Source: Halarcobacter sp.
Lineage (GTDB): Bacteria > Campylobacterota > Campylobacteria > Campylobacterales > Arcobacteraceae
DNA: 64,000 nucleotides
Reading direction: 5' to 3'
Assembly: GCA_048571215.1 (NCBI GenBank)
Contig: CP182352.1
Location: 3,264,001-3,328,000, forward strand
In this document: piece after piece, positions 8,510 to 18,670 of the stretch
How the letters are laid out: every line of letters begins with the position of its first letter
Numbering within the stretch: the stretch's first letter is position 1
The notes under the pieces: model-generated
Databases searched by the model: none
Told to the model about the DNA's origin: nothing
The model's input: the letters and a program-made list of their open reading frames with translations, nothing else
Program-made: the position numbers and the translations under genes

Positions 8510-11319
8510 TTTATTGGAATAACAACTTTAAATAATGCTCCCGTATAATTCTTTCCTTTATAGGTAAAGTTTACATTATCAACACTGATTGAACCTTTCA
8601 TACTATTTACTATAAGATTATATGACATGTGAAGACCTAGTCCTGTTCCTTGACTTTGATGTTTGGTTGTGAAATATGGTTCGAAAATTTTATCTTTTAT
8701 TTGTGGAGAGATTCCTCCTCCATTATCTTTAAACTCAATAATTGCAAAGCCATCTTCTTCTTTTTGTGTTATTTCTATATATCTTTCATCGTGGGGAAGA
8801 TTTAATAAAACATCATTTGAATTATAAAATAGATTGATCATACATTGGATTAGTTGATTTGGATATCCTAAAATCTCTATATTATCTTCTGAGATAAGTT
8901 TAATATCTAAATTGTTCTTTTTTATAAAAGAATCAACTAAAGCTAAAAAACTTTTTGTATCTTTTTTTAGGTTGAATTTAATTTGACTGGTATCACCTTT
9001 GGCGTAGTTTTTAAAATCATCAATTGTTTTTGAGAGATATTGAGAGTAGTTATTTATGGTATTGCAAGCTTCAAAAAACTGCTCATCATTTAACATATCA
9101 TGTTCTTTTTGTAGTTTCATTCCAGTTGAAGCAGCACTAATAGCTGCTAAAGGTTGTCTCCACTGGTGGGCGATATTTGAAAGCATCTCCCCTAAGGCCA
9201 TCATTTTTGATTGTTCAACCAAGAGTTTTTCTTGATTTTTTAGTTTTGTTATATCAATAAAACTAGAGATTCTTACATTTCTTTTTTCTAAAATATAACC
9301 CCTTACTAAAGAGACAAATTTTGTACCGTCATTTTTCATTAAAACAACTTCGTATGGCTCAGAATTTTTATTATAAAGATTGTTTAATATGGTTTTTTTT
9401 GATTCTGTAGAAACAAAGTCAAATATAGACCTATTTATTATCTCATCTTTAGATTTCAAGCCCAAAAGTTCAAGACCACTTTTATTTGAATCTATACATA
9501 TCCCATCTTTTGTTATTATTATACCCTCTAAAGTTGCATTAAATAATTCATTAAACTCTTTTAATGATTTTTTTAAAAGAAACTGTTTATAAAAAGCAAA
9601 TAAAGCTAAAATAAAAACTATAATCAAGATTTGCATCACTAATGTGTAGTCAGTTACTTTTTGATAGTTTAGTGATTTCCAGTTTTCAACTATAGATTCA
9701 CTTTGTTTATTATTTAAACTTTTAACTGTTTTTTCTAAGATATTAAATAGTATTGGGTCATCATTTCTAACAGCAATACCCAATTCCCAAATTTCATTTA
9801 GTTTTCCTGCTATTTTTAATTCATCAAAATACTCCTTTTGGAATATATACTCTATGGTTGCCAAACTACCTATATATGCAAAAAGTTCATTATCTTTAAC
9901 TTTTTCTAAACCATCTTTATCATTTTCAACCTCTATTAGGTTTAAATAGGGGTATTTTGTTTTTAAAATTTGAGCAAAATTATAAGCTTTTGGAATACCA
10001 ACTTTTTTATTTTTTAGATTTGAGATATCGTTGATAAAAGATACATCTAAATTTGTTACTACTACTAAAGGGGTTTTTATATAAGCAGAGGTAAATCCCA
10101 GATACTTCTTTCTTTCTTTTGTTGGTATTGCTAAAGAGATGATATCACACTCTCTTTGTTTTGCTTTTTGCAAGGATTCTTTCCAAGTTTTTGTTGGGAT
10201 TACTTGAAAATTGATTCCTATCTCTTCACTAAAGAGTTTAAAGTATTCGGCAGTTAACCCTTCATGTTTACCTTTTTCAAACTTTTCAAAGGGCATCCAT
10301 GCAGGGTCTATGCACATAGTAATATATTTTTTATTTTTTAAATATTTTAGTTCATCCTTTGTAAACTTCTTTTTGATATCTTTATATAAATACTCTTCAA
10401 GATTGATATTTTTTTGAACTAGACCTAATATTCTATAGATATCATAGATTCTTTCTAGTTTATTTAGTTCTAATTTGCCAATATTTTCTGTTTTATAAAA
10501 TGAGAGTTTTTTTAATTCTTTTGCTTCGTAAAGTAGAGCTTCTTTAGTTTTGTGTTGTGTATTGTATTTTTCTAAAATGGTGTTTATAGATTCTTGTATA
10601 TTTGAAAAAGCATACTCCCAACCTTTTAGCGTAGCTTCTTTAAATTTTTTCACTTCTAAACTATTTTTATCTAAATAATTTTTACTAGTGACTAAAATAT
10701 CATTATAAAAATCAAATCCAAAATCCTTTGGATTGAAAATTATTGGTTCTCCACCAAGCTCTTTTAATAAATAGGGTTCGTTTGAGATATAAGCTGCTAG
10801 TAGGTCAGCTTTTCCATCTAATAAATCTTTTACATTAAAAGTTGGATCTGTCATTGTGACATTTTTTACATTTAGACCTTGTGACATCATCATTGCCATA
10901 AGTGAAACATCATTGCTTAAATCACCTGTGGTCATGAGTCTCTTATTTTCAAAATCTTTTATATTTTTTATCCCAGAATCTTTATTTGATAATATAATGA
11001 GTGGAGAGGATTGAAATATAGCAGATAGTAATATTATTTGTTTACCTTTTGAAATATCTATTAAGGCAGATGGTCTTACTATTGAGTATTGAGCTTTGCC
11101 ACTTATAACATCATCTACCATATTAACATTTTTGTTCCACTCTTTTATGGTGACATCCAGACCTACGTCTTTGTAGAACCCTTTTTCTTTTGCCATAATA
11201 TATCCAGCAAATTGAAATTGGTATTTCCATTGAAGTTGTAGGGTTACTTTTTTAAGAGGATTTGAGTAAGCATATACACTAAGAATTAGTATAAAAAATA
11301 ACTTAATAAAAAAATTCAT
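8503..11319 (-). CDS. Sensor histidine kinase with NMT1/THI5-like and family-3 substrate-binding domains, TM, PAS, HisKA and HATPase
   Basis: LQLQWKYQFQFAGY (NMT1-like), CIDPAWMPFE (SBP3), IAHQWRQPL (H-box), DNGGGI, FEPYFTTK, GTGLGL. Confidence 0.92.
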   Translation of the reverse strand: MNFFIKLFFILILSVYAYSNPLKKVTLQLQWKYQFQFAGYIMAKEKGFYKDVGLDVTIKEWNKNVNMVDDVISGKAQYSIVRPSALIDISKGKQIILLSAIFQSSPLIILSNKDSGIKNIKDFENKRLMTTGDLSNDVSLMAMMMSQGLNVKNVTMTDPTFNVKDLLDGKADLLAAYISNEPYLLKELGGEPIIFNPKDFGFDFYNDILVTSKNYLDKNSLEVKKFKEATLKGWEYAFSNIQESINTILEKYNTQHKTKEALLYEAKELKKLSFYKTENIGKLELNKLERIYDIYRILGLVQKNINLEEYLYKDIKKKFTKDELKYLKNKKYITMCIDPAWMPFEKFEKGKHEGLTAEYFKLFSEEIGINFQVIPTKTWKESLQKAKQRECDIISLAIPTKERKKYLGFTSAYIKTPLVVVTNLDVSFINDISNLKNKKVGIPKAYNFAQILKTKYPYLNLIEVENDKDGLEKVKDNELFAYIGSLATIEYIFQKEYFDELKIAGKLNEIWELGIAVRNDDPILFNILEKTVKSLNNKQSESIVENWKSLNYQKVTDYTLVMQILIIVFILALFAFYKQFLLKKSLKEFNELFNATLEGIIITKDGICIDSNKSGLELLGLKSKDEIINRSIFDFVSTESKKTILNNLYNKNSEPYEVVLMKNDGTKFVSLVRGYILEKRNVRISSFIDITKLKNQEKLLVEQSKMMALGEMLSNIAHQWRQPLAAISAASTGMKLQKEHDMLNDEQFFEACNTINNYSQYLSKTIDDFKNYAKGDTSQIKFNLKKDTKSFLALVDSFIKKNNLDIKLISEDNIEILGYPNQLIQCMINLFYNSNDVLLNLPHDERYIEITQKEEDGFAIIEFKDNGGGISPQIKDKIFEPYFTTKHQSQGTGLGLHMSYNLIVNSMKGSISVDNVNFTYKGKNYTGALFKVVIPINQ

Positions 11320-11387
11320 TTAATTAATCTTTTGATGAGTTTATTTGTGTAATATAATAGCTTTAAATGCTTGATAAAAAGATAAAA

Positions 11388-12521
11388 TTAGAAGATAACT
11401 ATAGACCTTCCAAAAGGAATTTTATTTTTATTTTGAGACAACGCCCATAATACTTCATAGGGTGGTGGAATTCTTGGAAATATTCCATCCCCATCTGTAA
11501 AATATAAAAGCATAGAACTCATAGGAAGATTTGATTCAACATATTCAAATACGGGACGATAATCAGTACCTCCTCCACCTTTTATGGGGAAATCCATTTT
11601 ATCTCCCCCTTGAAAACTAAAGTGACCTTGTACCTTTGCATCAGCAGTTATTAGTTCAATTGCAACAGCTGGAAAGTTTTGCATGATAGTTTTAAACTCT
11701 TCAATAAAAGAGCCTAAGAGTTCATCATTTATACTTCCTGAGGTATCAATTACAACAACTAAACTTAGAGTATCACTAGTAAGACTTGGCAAAGCAATTC
11801 CTCTATAAATATGTTTTTTGTTTGGGGGCATAAAAGCATAGTTGTTTCTCATGTGACGGTTGATTGCATTATATAGTTCAAATTTCCAATCAATATCTTT
11901 AGCTTTTAGCTTTTTTGCAAGTCTTTCCAGTCCTAAGGGAACTGAACTTTTCCTTTGGGCTACCTCTTTTGCTAAAGAGGCTGCATATTCCCATTGGGAT
12001 TCATCATCTTCATCTAAGCTTTCATCAATTTTATTTAAATTTGCAAATTTTTCACCACTCTTTTCTATTAAGCCATCTAACATTGAAGCATTATCTTCAA
12101 AGGCATCAGTTCCTTTTACCTCATATTGCTCTTTTAAGATATCGTATATCTCTTCTGCATACATATTTTTAAAATCTTTATTATAATTAGCACCCTTTGG
12201 TATTTTGAAACCACTTTTATGTAAAATTGCGTTTATGGCAAAATCAGTAGCCACTTGCCAAAGAAGACCTTTTCTTTTTAGTTTTCTTTGTTGATGTGAT
12301 AGGATATGGTGCATAACACAATTTGTAAGGATAAAGATAAGTTCATCAATACTGCAAGATAAGATAAAATCAGGATTATATTTAAACCTAATTCCATTAC
12401 TTGCATAAAACCTTATTTTCTCATCTTCTTCATGTTTTAATCTAGAAGCTAATATCCCAAAGTAGGGTTGCTTTGAAGTTAATTGACTTTTTGCTTTTAT
12501 TAAAAGAGTATTTGCATCCAT
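11388..12521 (-). CDS. vWA-domain protein with an N-terminal DUF2201-type metallopeptidase-like domain
   Basis: MIDAS DTSGS, GGGGTDYRPVF and LYFTDGDG; N-terminal PYFG..., WQVATDFAIN, MYAEEIY. Confidence 0.88.
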   Translation of the reverse strand: MDANTLLIKAKSQLTSKQPYFGILASRLKHEEDEKIRFYASNGIRFKYNPDFILSCSIDELIFILTNCVMHHILSHQQRKLKRKGLLWQVATDFAINAILHKSGFKIPKGANYNKDFKNMYAEEIYDILKEQYEVKGTDAFEDNASMLDGLIEKSGEKFANLNKIDESLDEDDESQWEYAASLAKEVAQRKSSVPLGLERLAKKLKAKDIDWKFELYNAINRHMRNNYAFMPPNKKHIYRGIALPSLTSDTLSLVVVIDTSGSINDELLGSFIEEFKTIMQNFPAVAIELITADAKVQGHFSFQGGDKMDFPIKGGGGTDYRPVFEYVESNLPMSSMLLYFTDGDGIFPRIPPPYEVLWALSQNKNKIPFGRSIVIF

Positions 12522-12524
12522 ATT

Positions 12525-13526
12525 TTAGTGTAACAACTTATTGAAATTTTTCATCCATAAAGGCCAATTTTTTAGATAATCTAACTCAATATTTCTTTGT
12601 CTTAAATCTTGGATTATCATAACTGCAAATTCTCCTGGAAGATTAAGGGTATATCCTAGAAGATTGTTTATCTCAGCTCCTGAACTCTCACTTGTTATTC
12701 TCATAGTTAAAGCTGTACATAAAATATGTAATGATGAGGTTTCCCTTGGAACTTCTGTTGTTGTCCCCTCTAAAATATCATCTATTTTAGGTAATGACTT
12801 TTCAACAGCTTTAAATCCTAAAAATGAAGCTGCCAACTCCTCCCCAATAGCTCCACTAATCATAGTTAAAAGTAGATCTTCATCGGGTGTTGATAATAAA
12901 ATCTCATTTACATATTGCCAGGTTCTTGGTGTTGCAAAAGATTTTTCCTCATTTTGAGTATTGAAATTAAATAATGCATCGGGTCTATAAGAGATAAAAG
13001 CAATAATACTTGTATCAATACCAGAACTTTTAGCCCACTCTTTCCAATCATCAACACTAACCTCCATAGATAAGTGAACAAATCTATTTGCAAGGGGTGA
13101 AGCCATTCTAAAAACTACACCTCTATCACTTTCCCTATTACCAGCTGCTACTATAGACCAACCATCAGGAAGGGTATATTCACCAATTTTTCTATCCAAA
13201 ATAAGCTGGTAAGCTGAGGCTTGAACCATTGGAGCTGCTGTATTTAGTTCATCTAAAAATAAAATCCCTTTTTCTTCACTTCCATCTGGTAAAAATGAGG
13301 CAGGTGCCCAAACAGCTGAGTTATCTTTTGTATTAAAAAAAGGGATTCCCCTTAAGTCTGTGGGATCAAGAAGTGAAAGCCGTAAATCTATACAAGCTAT
13401 CCCTTGCTCTTTTGCTATTTGTGCAACTATTGAAGACTTTCCAATCCCTGGAGGTCCCCACAAAAATATTGGTACTTTTCGTTTTGTTAGGTGTTCAATT
13501 GCTCTTTTTGTACTTTGAGGGTTCAT
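12525..13526 (-). CDS. MoxR-related AAA+ ATPase
   Basis: Walker A GPPGIGKS, DLRGIP, Walker B ILFLDE, AAGN, LANRF, TPRTW; start moved to MNPQ. Confidence 0.92.
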   Translation of the reverse strand: MNPQSTKRAIEHLTKRKVPIFLWGPPGIGKSSIVAQIAKEQGIACIDLRLSLLDPTDLRGIPFFNTKDNSAVWAPASFLPDGSEEKGILFLDELNTAAPMVQASAYQLILDRKIGEYTLPDGWSIVAAGNRESDRGVVFRMASPLANRFVHLSMEVSVDDWKEWAKSSGIDTSIIAFISYRPDALFNFNTQNEEKSFATPRTWQYVNEILLSTPDEDLLLTMISGAIGEELAASFLGFKAVEKSLPKIDDILEGTTTEVPRETSSLHILCTALTMRITSESSGAEINNLLGYTLNLPGEFAVMIIQDLRQRNIELDYLKNWPLWMKNFNKLLH

Positions 13527-13621
13527 ACATTTCCTTAATAAGACATAATTACTCTTATTTGCAATATGTGTACCAAAATAAAAATATTGTATAATTAAAT
13601 TACTTTTTAAGAAGGATTTAT

Positions 13622-14848
13622 TTGAAGATAGCAATTATAGGAGCAGGGGCAGCTGGCATTATGTCGGCTATTAGTGCAAAAAGATTAAATAAAAGTTTAA
13701 ATATTGATATTTATGATATCAACAATGGCATAGGTAAAAAAATCCTTGCAAGTGGAAATGGAAGATGTAATATCTCTAATACAAATTGCACCCAAGAAAA
13801 CTTTATAGGTGAGAATCCCTCATTTGTAAAATATGCGCTAAATCAGTTTGATTTCAAGGCTTTTGAAAACTTTTGTAAATCTATAGGTTTATTGCTTGAT
13901 ATAAAAGAAGATGGAAAAGTTTATCCCCTTTCAAATGAGGCAAAATCAGTGGTAACACTACTTGAAAATACACTAAAAAGCTTAGAAATAAATCTAATAC
14001 TTAATACAAAAATAAATGATATAGAAAAACAAAATGGGAAGTTTATATTAAAAAGTGAAAGTGATGAATACAAAGATTATGACAAGGTTGTAATAAGTTC
14101 AGGACTTAGTGCGGCACCCCAATTAGGAGCAAGCGAAGATGGGATGAGTATGGCTTGTAAATTTGAACATAGTTTTAATCTGACATATCCCTCTTTAGTA
14201 GGGCTTCACACAGATTTTGAACACAATAGTAAAATCCAAGGGGTGAAAAAAGAATCAGCTGTGTCACTTTTTATAGATGGGCAAAAAGAGTGTGAAATAA
14301 AAGGGGATGTGTTATTTACAAAATACGGAGTATCAGGTTTTGCAATACTTGATATCTCTCAATATGCAGTATACCCTTTATCTTTATATCAAGATGTACA
14401 AATATCAATAAATCTTTTCCCAACAAAAAGTAGAAATGAAGTATTAGGGATGTGCGAATCACAGTTTAAGACCCTACCTGAGCAAAAAGCTATTGAACTA
14501 CTAGTTGGAATAGTATCCAATAAACTAGCACCAATACTTCTAGATATTTGTAAAATAGATAAACAAAGTAAAGCAAAAGATATAAATGCCAAACAAATAA
14601 GAGCTTTGGTAAATGTAATTACAAATTGGAGAATGAAAATCACAGATACCCAAGGTTTTAAACATGCAGAAGCTAGTGGTGGAGGTATTAGAACCGATGA
14701 GGTAGATAGTAAAACTTTTGAGAGTAAAAAGTGTAGAGGCTTGTATTTAGCCGGAGAGGTTTTGGATGTCGTTGGGAATAGGGGTGGTTATAATTTGCAG
14801 TTTGCGTGGGCATCAGGATTCCTAGCTGGACAAAGCCTTGCGAAGTAA
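13622..14848 (+). CDS. HI0933/YhiN/BaiN-family flavoprotein
   Basis: IIGAGAAG, GKKILASGNGRCN, LFTKYGVSG, GEVLDVVGNRGGYNLQFAWASG; TTG start. Confidence 0.93.
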   Translation: MKIAIIGAGAAGIMSAISAKRLNKSLNIDIYDINNGIGKKILASGNGRCNISNTNCTQENFIGENPSFVKYALNQFDFKAFENFCKSIGLLLDIKEDGKVYPLSNEAKSVVTLLENTLKSLEINLILNTKINDIEKQNGKFILKSESDEYKDYDKVVISSGLSAAPQLGASEDGMSMACKFEHSFNLTYPSLVGLHTDFEHNSKIQGVKKESAVSLFIDGQKECEIKGDVLFTKYGVSGFAILDISQYAVYPLSLYQDVQISINLFPTKSRNEVLGMCESQFKTLPEQKAIELLVGIVSNKLAPILLDICKIDKQSKAKDINAKQIRALVNVITNWRMKITDTQGFKHAEASGGGIRTDEVDSKTFESKKCRGLYLAGEVLDVVGNRGGYNLQFAWASGFLAGQSLAK

Positions 14849-14966
14849 AATAACTACTTTTATCCAATTTCTGCGTTCGATACGAATTTTTTAGTTGTCA
14901 CATACTTCTAGTATGCTCCGCCCAAAAAATTCTATCTGCCTTGAACTTGAATAAAATTAGTTATTT
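14848..14966. repeat. ~119-bp nested-hairpin element (MITE/REP-like candidate)
   Basis: Terminal IR AAATAACTACTTTTATCCAATTTC / GAACTTGAATAAAATTAGTTATTT (3 mismatches); inner IR GATACGAATTTTTT / AAAAAATTCTATC; apical CATACT-TCT-AGTATG. Confidence 0.75.
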
Positions 14967-14986
14967 AAAAAAAAGGAATTAAAATA

Positions 14987-15298
14987 ATGTATCATCTAAA
15001 AGATAAAGTAAATGGATTAACTTGGGTTATTGACAAAATATACGATATATATTTTTATTTTAAAGTTGCATTATTTCATACACCAGCTGTATTTATTTTT
15101 TTAATTATGATTTGTTTTGGTTTGTATGTAGGTATTAAAGAACTTTTTTTTAAAGAAAAAATAGATATTAATGAAGAATCTTTACAAATAGAAAATAAAA
15201 TTGATGTAAAAGAAAATTATGATTATAAGCGTTTGATTTTTTCTTTTTTCTTTATATTATTGGGGATAGTTTTCTTTCTTTATTCCCAAAAAAATTGA
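14987..15298 (+). CDS. Hypothetical two-TM membrane protein
   Basis: AAGGA RBS, two hydrophobic segments, very AT-rich, no motif recognised. Confidence 0.6.
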   Translation: MYHLKDKVNGLTWVIDKIYDIYFYFKVALFHTPAVFIFLIMICFGLYVGIKELFFKEKIDINEESLQIENKIDVKENYDYKRLIFSFFFILLGIVFFLYSQKN

Positions 15299-15467
15299 AT
15301 TGAAATATTCTCTATAATTAAGAAATTAAGTTATTAAAATATGTTTTTAGATTTGCATATGATACTTTATATTAGAGACAAGTTTTTCAAAAACTAAAGG
15401 AAAGGAAACTTTGCCTTTAACAACTTTGTTGGTGTCTTCTTTTCAATGAAAGTGTAATCACAGGTCT

Positions 15468-15569
15468 TACTTTTACCTCTTACATTTATAGTTAGTTCAT
15501 AACTTTCTCAAGAAGTTTTCCAAAAAGTTATACCTCTTTTGTTTTAACTTCATTGGCCTTTATTACCAT
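15468..15569 (-). pseudogene. Degenerate, truncated prevent-host-death (Phd/YefM-like) antitoxin
   Basis: Hand translation MVIKANEVKTKEV*LFGKLLEKV, then a frameshift to ELTINVRGKSK; resembles the 'ANExKTKGV...INVRGK' antitoxins I recall from Campylobacterota. Confidence 0.62.
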
Positions 15570-15713
15570 ACATAGTATCTTTAATAATACTTATATATAA
15601 ATAAGTTCAAATTATCAAAGAATTTAATTCATCTTAAAATTTTTAATATAAGTATTAAACAACTCTCAACATAAGTTCAATTAGATACAATACGAAAAAA
15701 TATTAGGAGAGTA

Positions 15714-16406
15714 GTGAACTTCAAACAAATAAGCATAGCTATTTATGCCACATACCTTACAAATAAATATGGATTCAAGCTAAAAAAAGTTAAAAATCCT
15801 CAAGAAGTATTTGATTTACGATTGGAATATGCCAAACTACTATTAAAAAAATTAAATATTAGTGTTGATATTACAAATAAAGAAAAATTACCCCAAGATG
15901 GGCAGTATTTATTAGTATCAAATCATAGAAGTATAATAGATCCTTTGATTATTGAACTTGCTTTAGAAAATAGTAAAATCAATGGTTTTTGGGTTGCAAA
16001 AAAAGAGTTGTATAACTCTTTTTTCTTTGGAACCTTTACTAAAAATGCTGGAACTGTTTTATTAGATAGAGATGCATCAAATATGGCACCATTTTTTAAA
16101 AATACGAAAGAGGTGGTAAAACAAGGAGATTCTTTATATATTTTTCCAGAAGGAACTAGAAATAAAGACAATACTGCTCTATCTGCTTTTAAAGAGGGTT
16201 CTAGACTTATTGCTTTAAAAAATAGATTGCCAATTTTGCCTGTATATATAAAATCAAATGCAAATGAGGTTTTAGAAGATGCTATTAAAAATAGAACTAA
16301 AGGTTTAAAAATAGAGATTGAAATTGGTGATATAATAGATTATAAAGATAAAACATCTTTAGAAGAAAACTATAAAAAGCAGTTTATAAAGAGTAAAAGA
16401 GATTAA
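15714..16406 (+). CDS. 1-acyl-sn-glycerol-3-phosphate acyltransferase (PlsC family)
   Basis: NHRSIID (HX4D), IFPEGTRN, FKEG motifs; GTG start with AGGAG. Confidence 0.9.
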   Translation: MNFKQISIAIYATYLTNKYGFKLKKVKNPQEVFDLRLEYAKLLLKKLNISVDITNKEKLPQDGQYLLVSNHRSIIDPLIIELALENSKINGFWVAKKELYNSFFFGTFTKNAGTVLLDRDASNMAPFFKNTKEVVKQGDSLYIFPEGTRNKDNTALSAFKEGSRLIALKNRLPILPVYIKSNANEVLEDAIKNRTKGLKIEIEIGDIIDYKDKTSLEENYKKQFIKSKRD

Positions 16407-16412
16407 TTTTTT

Positions 16413-18563
16413 TTAATCATCTTTTACTACAACTTTATTTCTACCATCATTTTTAGCTTGATAAAGTGCTATATCTGCTCTTTGTAAAATTGATTCTATG
16501 TCATCACCTTTTTTTGAGATAGTTACCCCGAAACTTGCTGTTTTATTTTTTATTTTTGTAAAATCATAGTTTGCAATCTTTTTTCTAAAGGTTTCCATTA
16601 AAGAACTTACACTTTCTAAATCTGATTCTGGACAGATTATTACAAACTCTTCTCCTCCAAATCGACCAACAAAATCTGTTTTTCTTAGATTGTTTTTTAA
16701 TATACTTGATATCTCTATTAGTATTTTATCTCCTATTTGGTGCCCATATGTGTCATTAACATCTTTAAAGTTATCAATATCAACAATTGCTAATCCAAAA
16801 GGGTGGTTAAATCTTTCACTTCTATTTATTTCAATTTCTAATAACTCTTCTATTTTTCGTCTATTATAAAGGTTTGTTAATTTATCAGTTATAGAGAGTT
16901 TTTTTAACTCTATATTTTTATCTTCAATATCTTTTTTTGCTTTTTTTAATAGGTTGTTTGCTTTTATTATCTTGATATTCCAATATAAAATAAGGATGAT
17001 AAAAAATATTGTAGCTATTGCAATCTTCCAAACAAAAGTATAGTCTGTACCTTTTTGGTATTTTATAGGAACCCATTTATTGAAAATCTCTCTATGCATC
17101 TCATTTGTGATATTATTAATAGCTTTCTGTAAAATATTTAATAAACTCTTATCCTCTTTTATTACAGCAATTGATAGTTTTAAGTTTTCAGATATTTTCC
17201 CAGCAATTTTTAGTTCCCCAAAATATTTTTGCTGAAATTCATATCCTATACTAGCTAAGGTATCAATATATGCAAATAGTTTACCATCTTTGACTTTGTC
17301 TAGACCTTCATTGATATCTTCTACTTCTACAAGATCTAAAGAGGGGTATTTTTGTCTAAGTATTTTTACAAAAGCATCACCTTTGATAATACCTATCTTT
17401 TCCCCTTCTAAATCTAATATTTGGTTTATAAATGGCACATCAACCCTTGTTGCTACTACTAAAGGTACTTCTAAATAACTACTTGTGAAGTTTAGATATT
17501 TTCTTCTTTGTGGTGTTTCCATACCAAGAGCCAACATATCACATTTTTTCTCTTTTATATAAGTGATAGATTCGTTCCAATTTTTTGTTTTAACAAGCTT
17601 GAATTTTGCAGATAACATTTTTTCAAATAGATTATAATAGTCTGAACTCATACCTATATGTTCACTCTCTTCATTAAGTCCTTCAAAAGGTAAGCCATCT
17701 GGATTTATACAATATTTTATAATCTTTGTATCAAGATAGGCTATCTCATCTTTATTAAGTTCAATATGACCTCCTCTATACTCTTTTATGGAACCTATCC
17801 ATTTATTGACTAAAGCCTCTTTTTGTTTATCTGTAATAGAGTTAAGGGCTTTTTGTAAAATAGAACTTAAAAGGGGTTTCTCAGGCTGTACCCCAAATCT
17901 TAGATCCTCTTTTTTTGTATTAGGAAGGATTAATTCACTAGCAAGTTTCAAATTTGAATATAGATTCTTTTTTATTAGATAGTTTATATTTGTAAGATTT
18001 TGAATCAAAGCATCAATTTTTCCAAAAACTAAATCTTTTGTCAAATCTGCATAGTTGTCATAGTATACTAAATTCATAGAACCTAATTTTTTAAGTTCAT
18101 TGATATAAAATACATCTTTTAAAACCCCAACTTTTTTCCCTTTTAGACTTTTTAGTCCCTTGTATTCACCAAAATCATCTTTTACAAATATCATAATTGG
18201 TATATCATAATAAGAGCTTGTAAAAGTAGTAAAAGGTTCTCTATATCTTTTATATGAAATACTAGTTATCATATCAACTTCTTTATTTTTGAAAGCAGTA
18301 TAGATATTGGTCCACTTACCAAAGGATTTTTCAAACTGTAAACCAGTTTTTTCAGATATTATTTTCAATAAATCATGTTCAAATCCAACGGGTGTATTTT
18401 TTATATAATATGAAAATGGCGTAAAATCAGGCATTAAGCCAACTTTTACTACAGGATTGGTTTTTATAAACTCCTTTTCCTCTTTTGTAAGAATAAGAGG
18501 CTTTGCAATTGCTTGAATAGAAAAAAATAATAAAAAAAGTAGCTGCATAAATAATATTTTCAT
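16413..18563 (-). CDS. Diguanylate cyclase with tandem periplasmic SBP family-3 domains
   Basis: Signal peptide, two SBP domains, TM, DKLTNLYNRR, DIDNFKDVNDTYGH, RKTD I-site, GGEEF. Confidence 0.94.
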   Translation of the reverse strand: MKILFMQLLFLLFFSIQAIAKPLILTKEEKEFIKTNPVVKVGLMPDFTPFSYYIKNTPVGFEHDLLKIISEKTGLQFEKSFGKWTNIYTAFKNKEVDMITSISYKRYREPFTTFTSSYYDIPIMIFVKDDFGEYKGLKSLKGKKVGVLKDVFYINELKKLGSMNLVYYDNYADLTKDLVFGKIDALIQNLTNINYLIKKNLYSNLKLASELILPNTKKEDLRFGVQPEKPLLSSILQKALNSITDKQKEALVNKWIGSIKEYRGGHIELNKDEIAYLDTKIIKYCINPDGLPFEGLNEESEHIGMSSDYYNLFEKMLSAKFKLVKTKNWNESITYIKEKKCDMLALGMETPQRRKYLNFTSSYLEVPLVVATRVDVPFINQILDLEGEKIGIIKGDAFVKILRQKYPSLDLVEVEDINEGLDKVKDGKLFAYIDTLASIGYEFQQKYFGELKIAGKISENLKLSIAVIKEDKSLLNILQKAINNITNEMHREIFNKWVPIKYQKGTDYTFVWKIAIATIFFIILILYWNIKIIKANNLLKKAKKDIEDKNIELKKLSITDKLTNLYNRRKIEELLEIEINRSERFNHPFGLAIVDIDNFKDVNDTYGHQIGDKILIEISSILKNNLRKTDFVGRFGGEEFVIICPESDLESVSSLMETFRKKIANYDFTKIKNKTASFGVTISKKGDDIESILQRADIALYQAKNDGRNKVVVKDD

Positions 18564-18670
18564 TTTATTCCTTGAAAAATTATTATAGCAGTTAGTAGTT
18601 TGCAGAAAGGTTTATTTTTTTAGTATAAAGAGTTTATTTAATGTTAAAATTATTAACAAACTATCAAAAT

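Noticed and set aside
15372..15470. Possible IS end or MITE truncating the antitoxin remnant
   Set aside because: Candidate terminal repeats match poorly and no transposase fragment can be supported.
18588..18608. Weak 7-nt periodicity GCAGTTA GTAGTTT GCAG
   Set aside because: Too short and degenerate to separate from chance.
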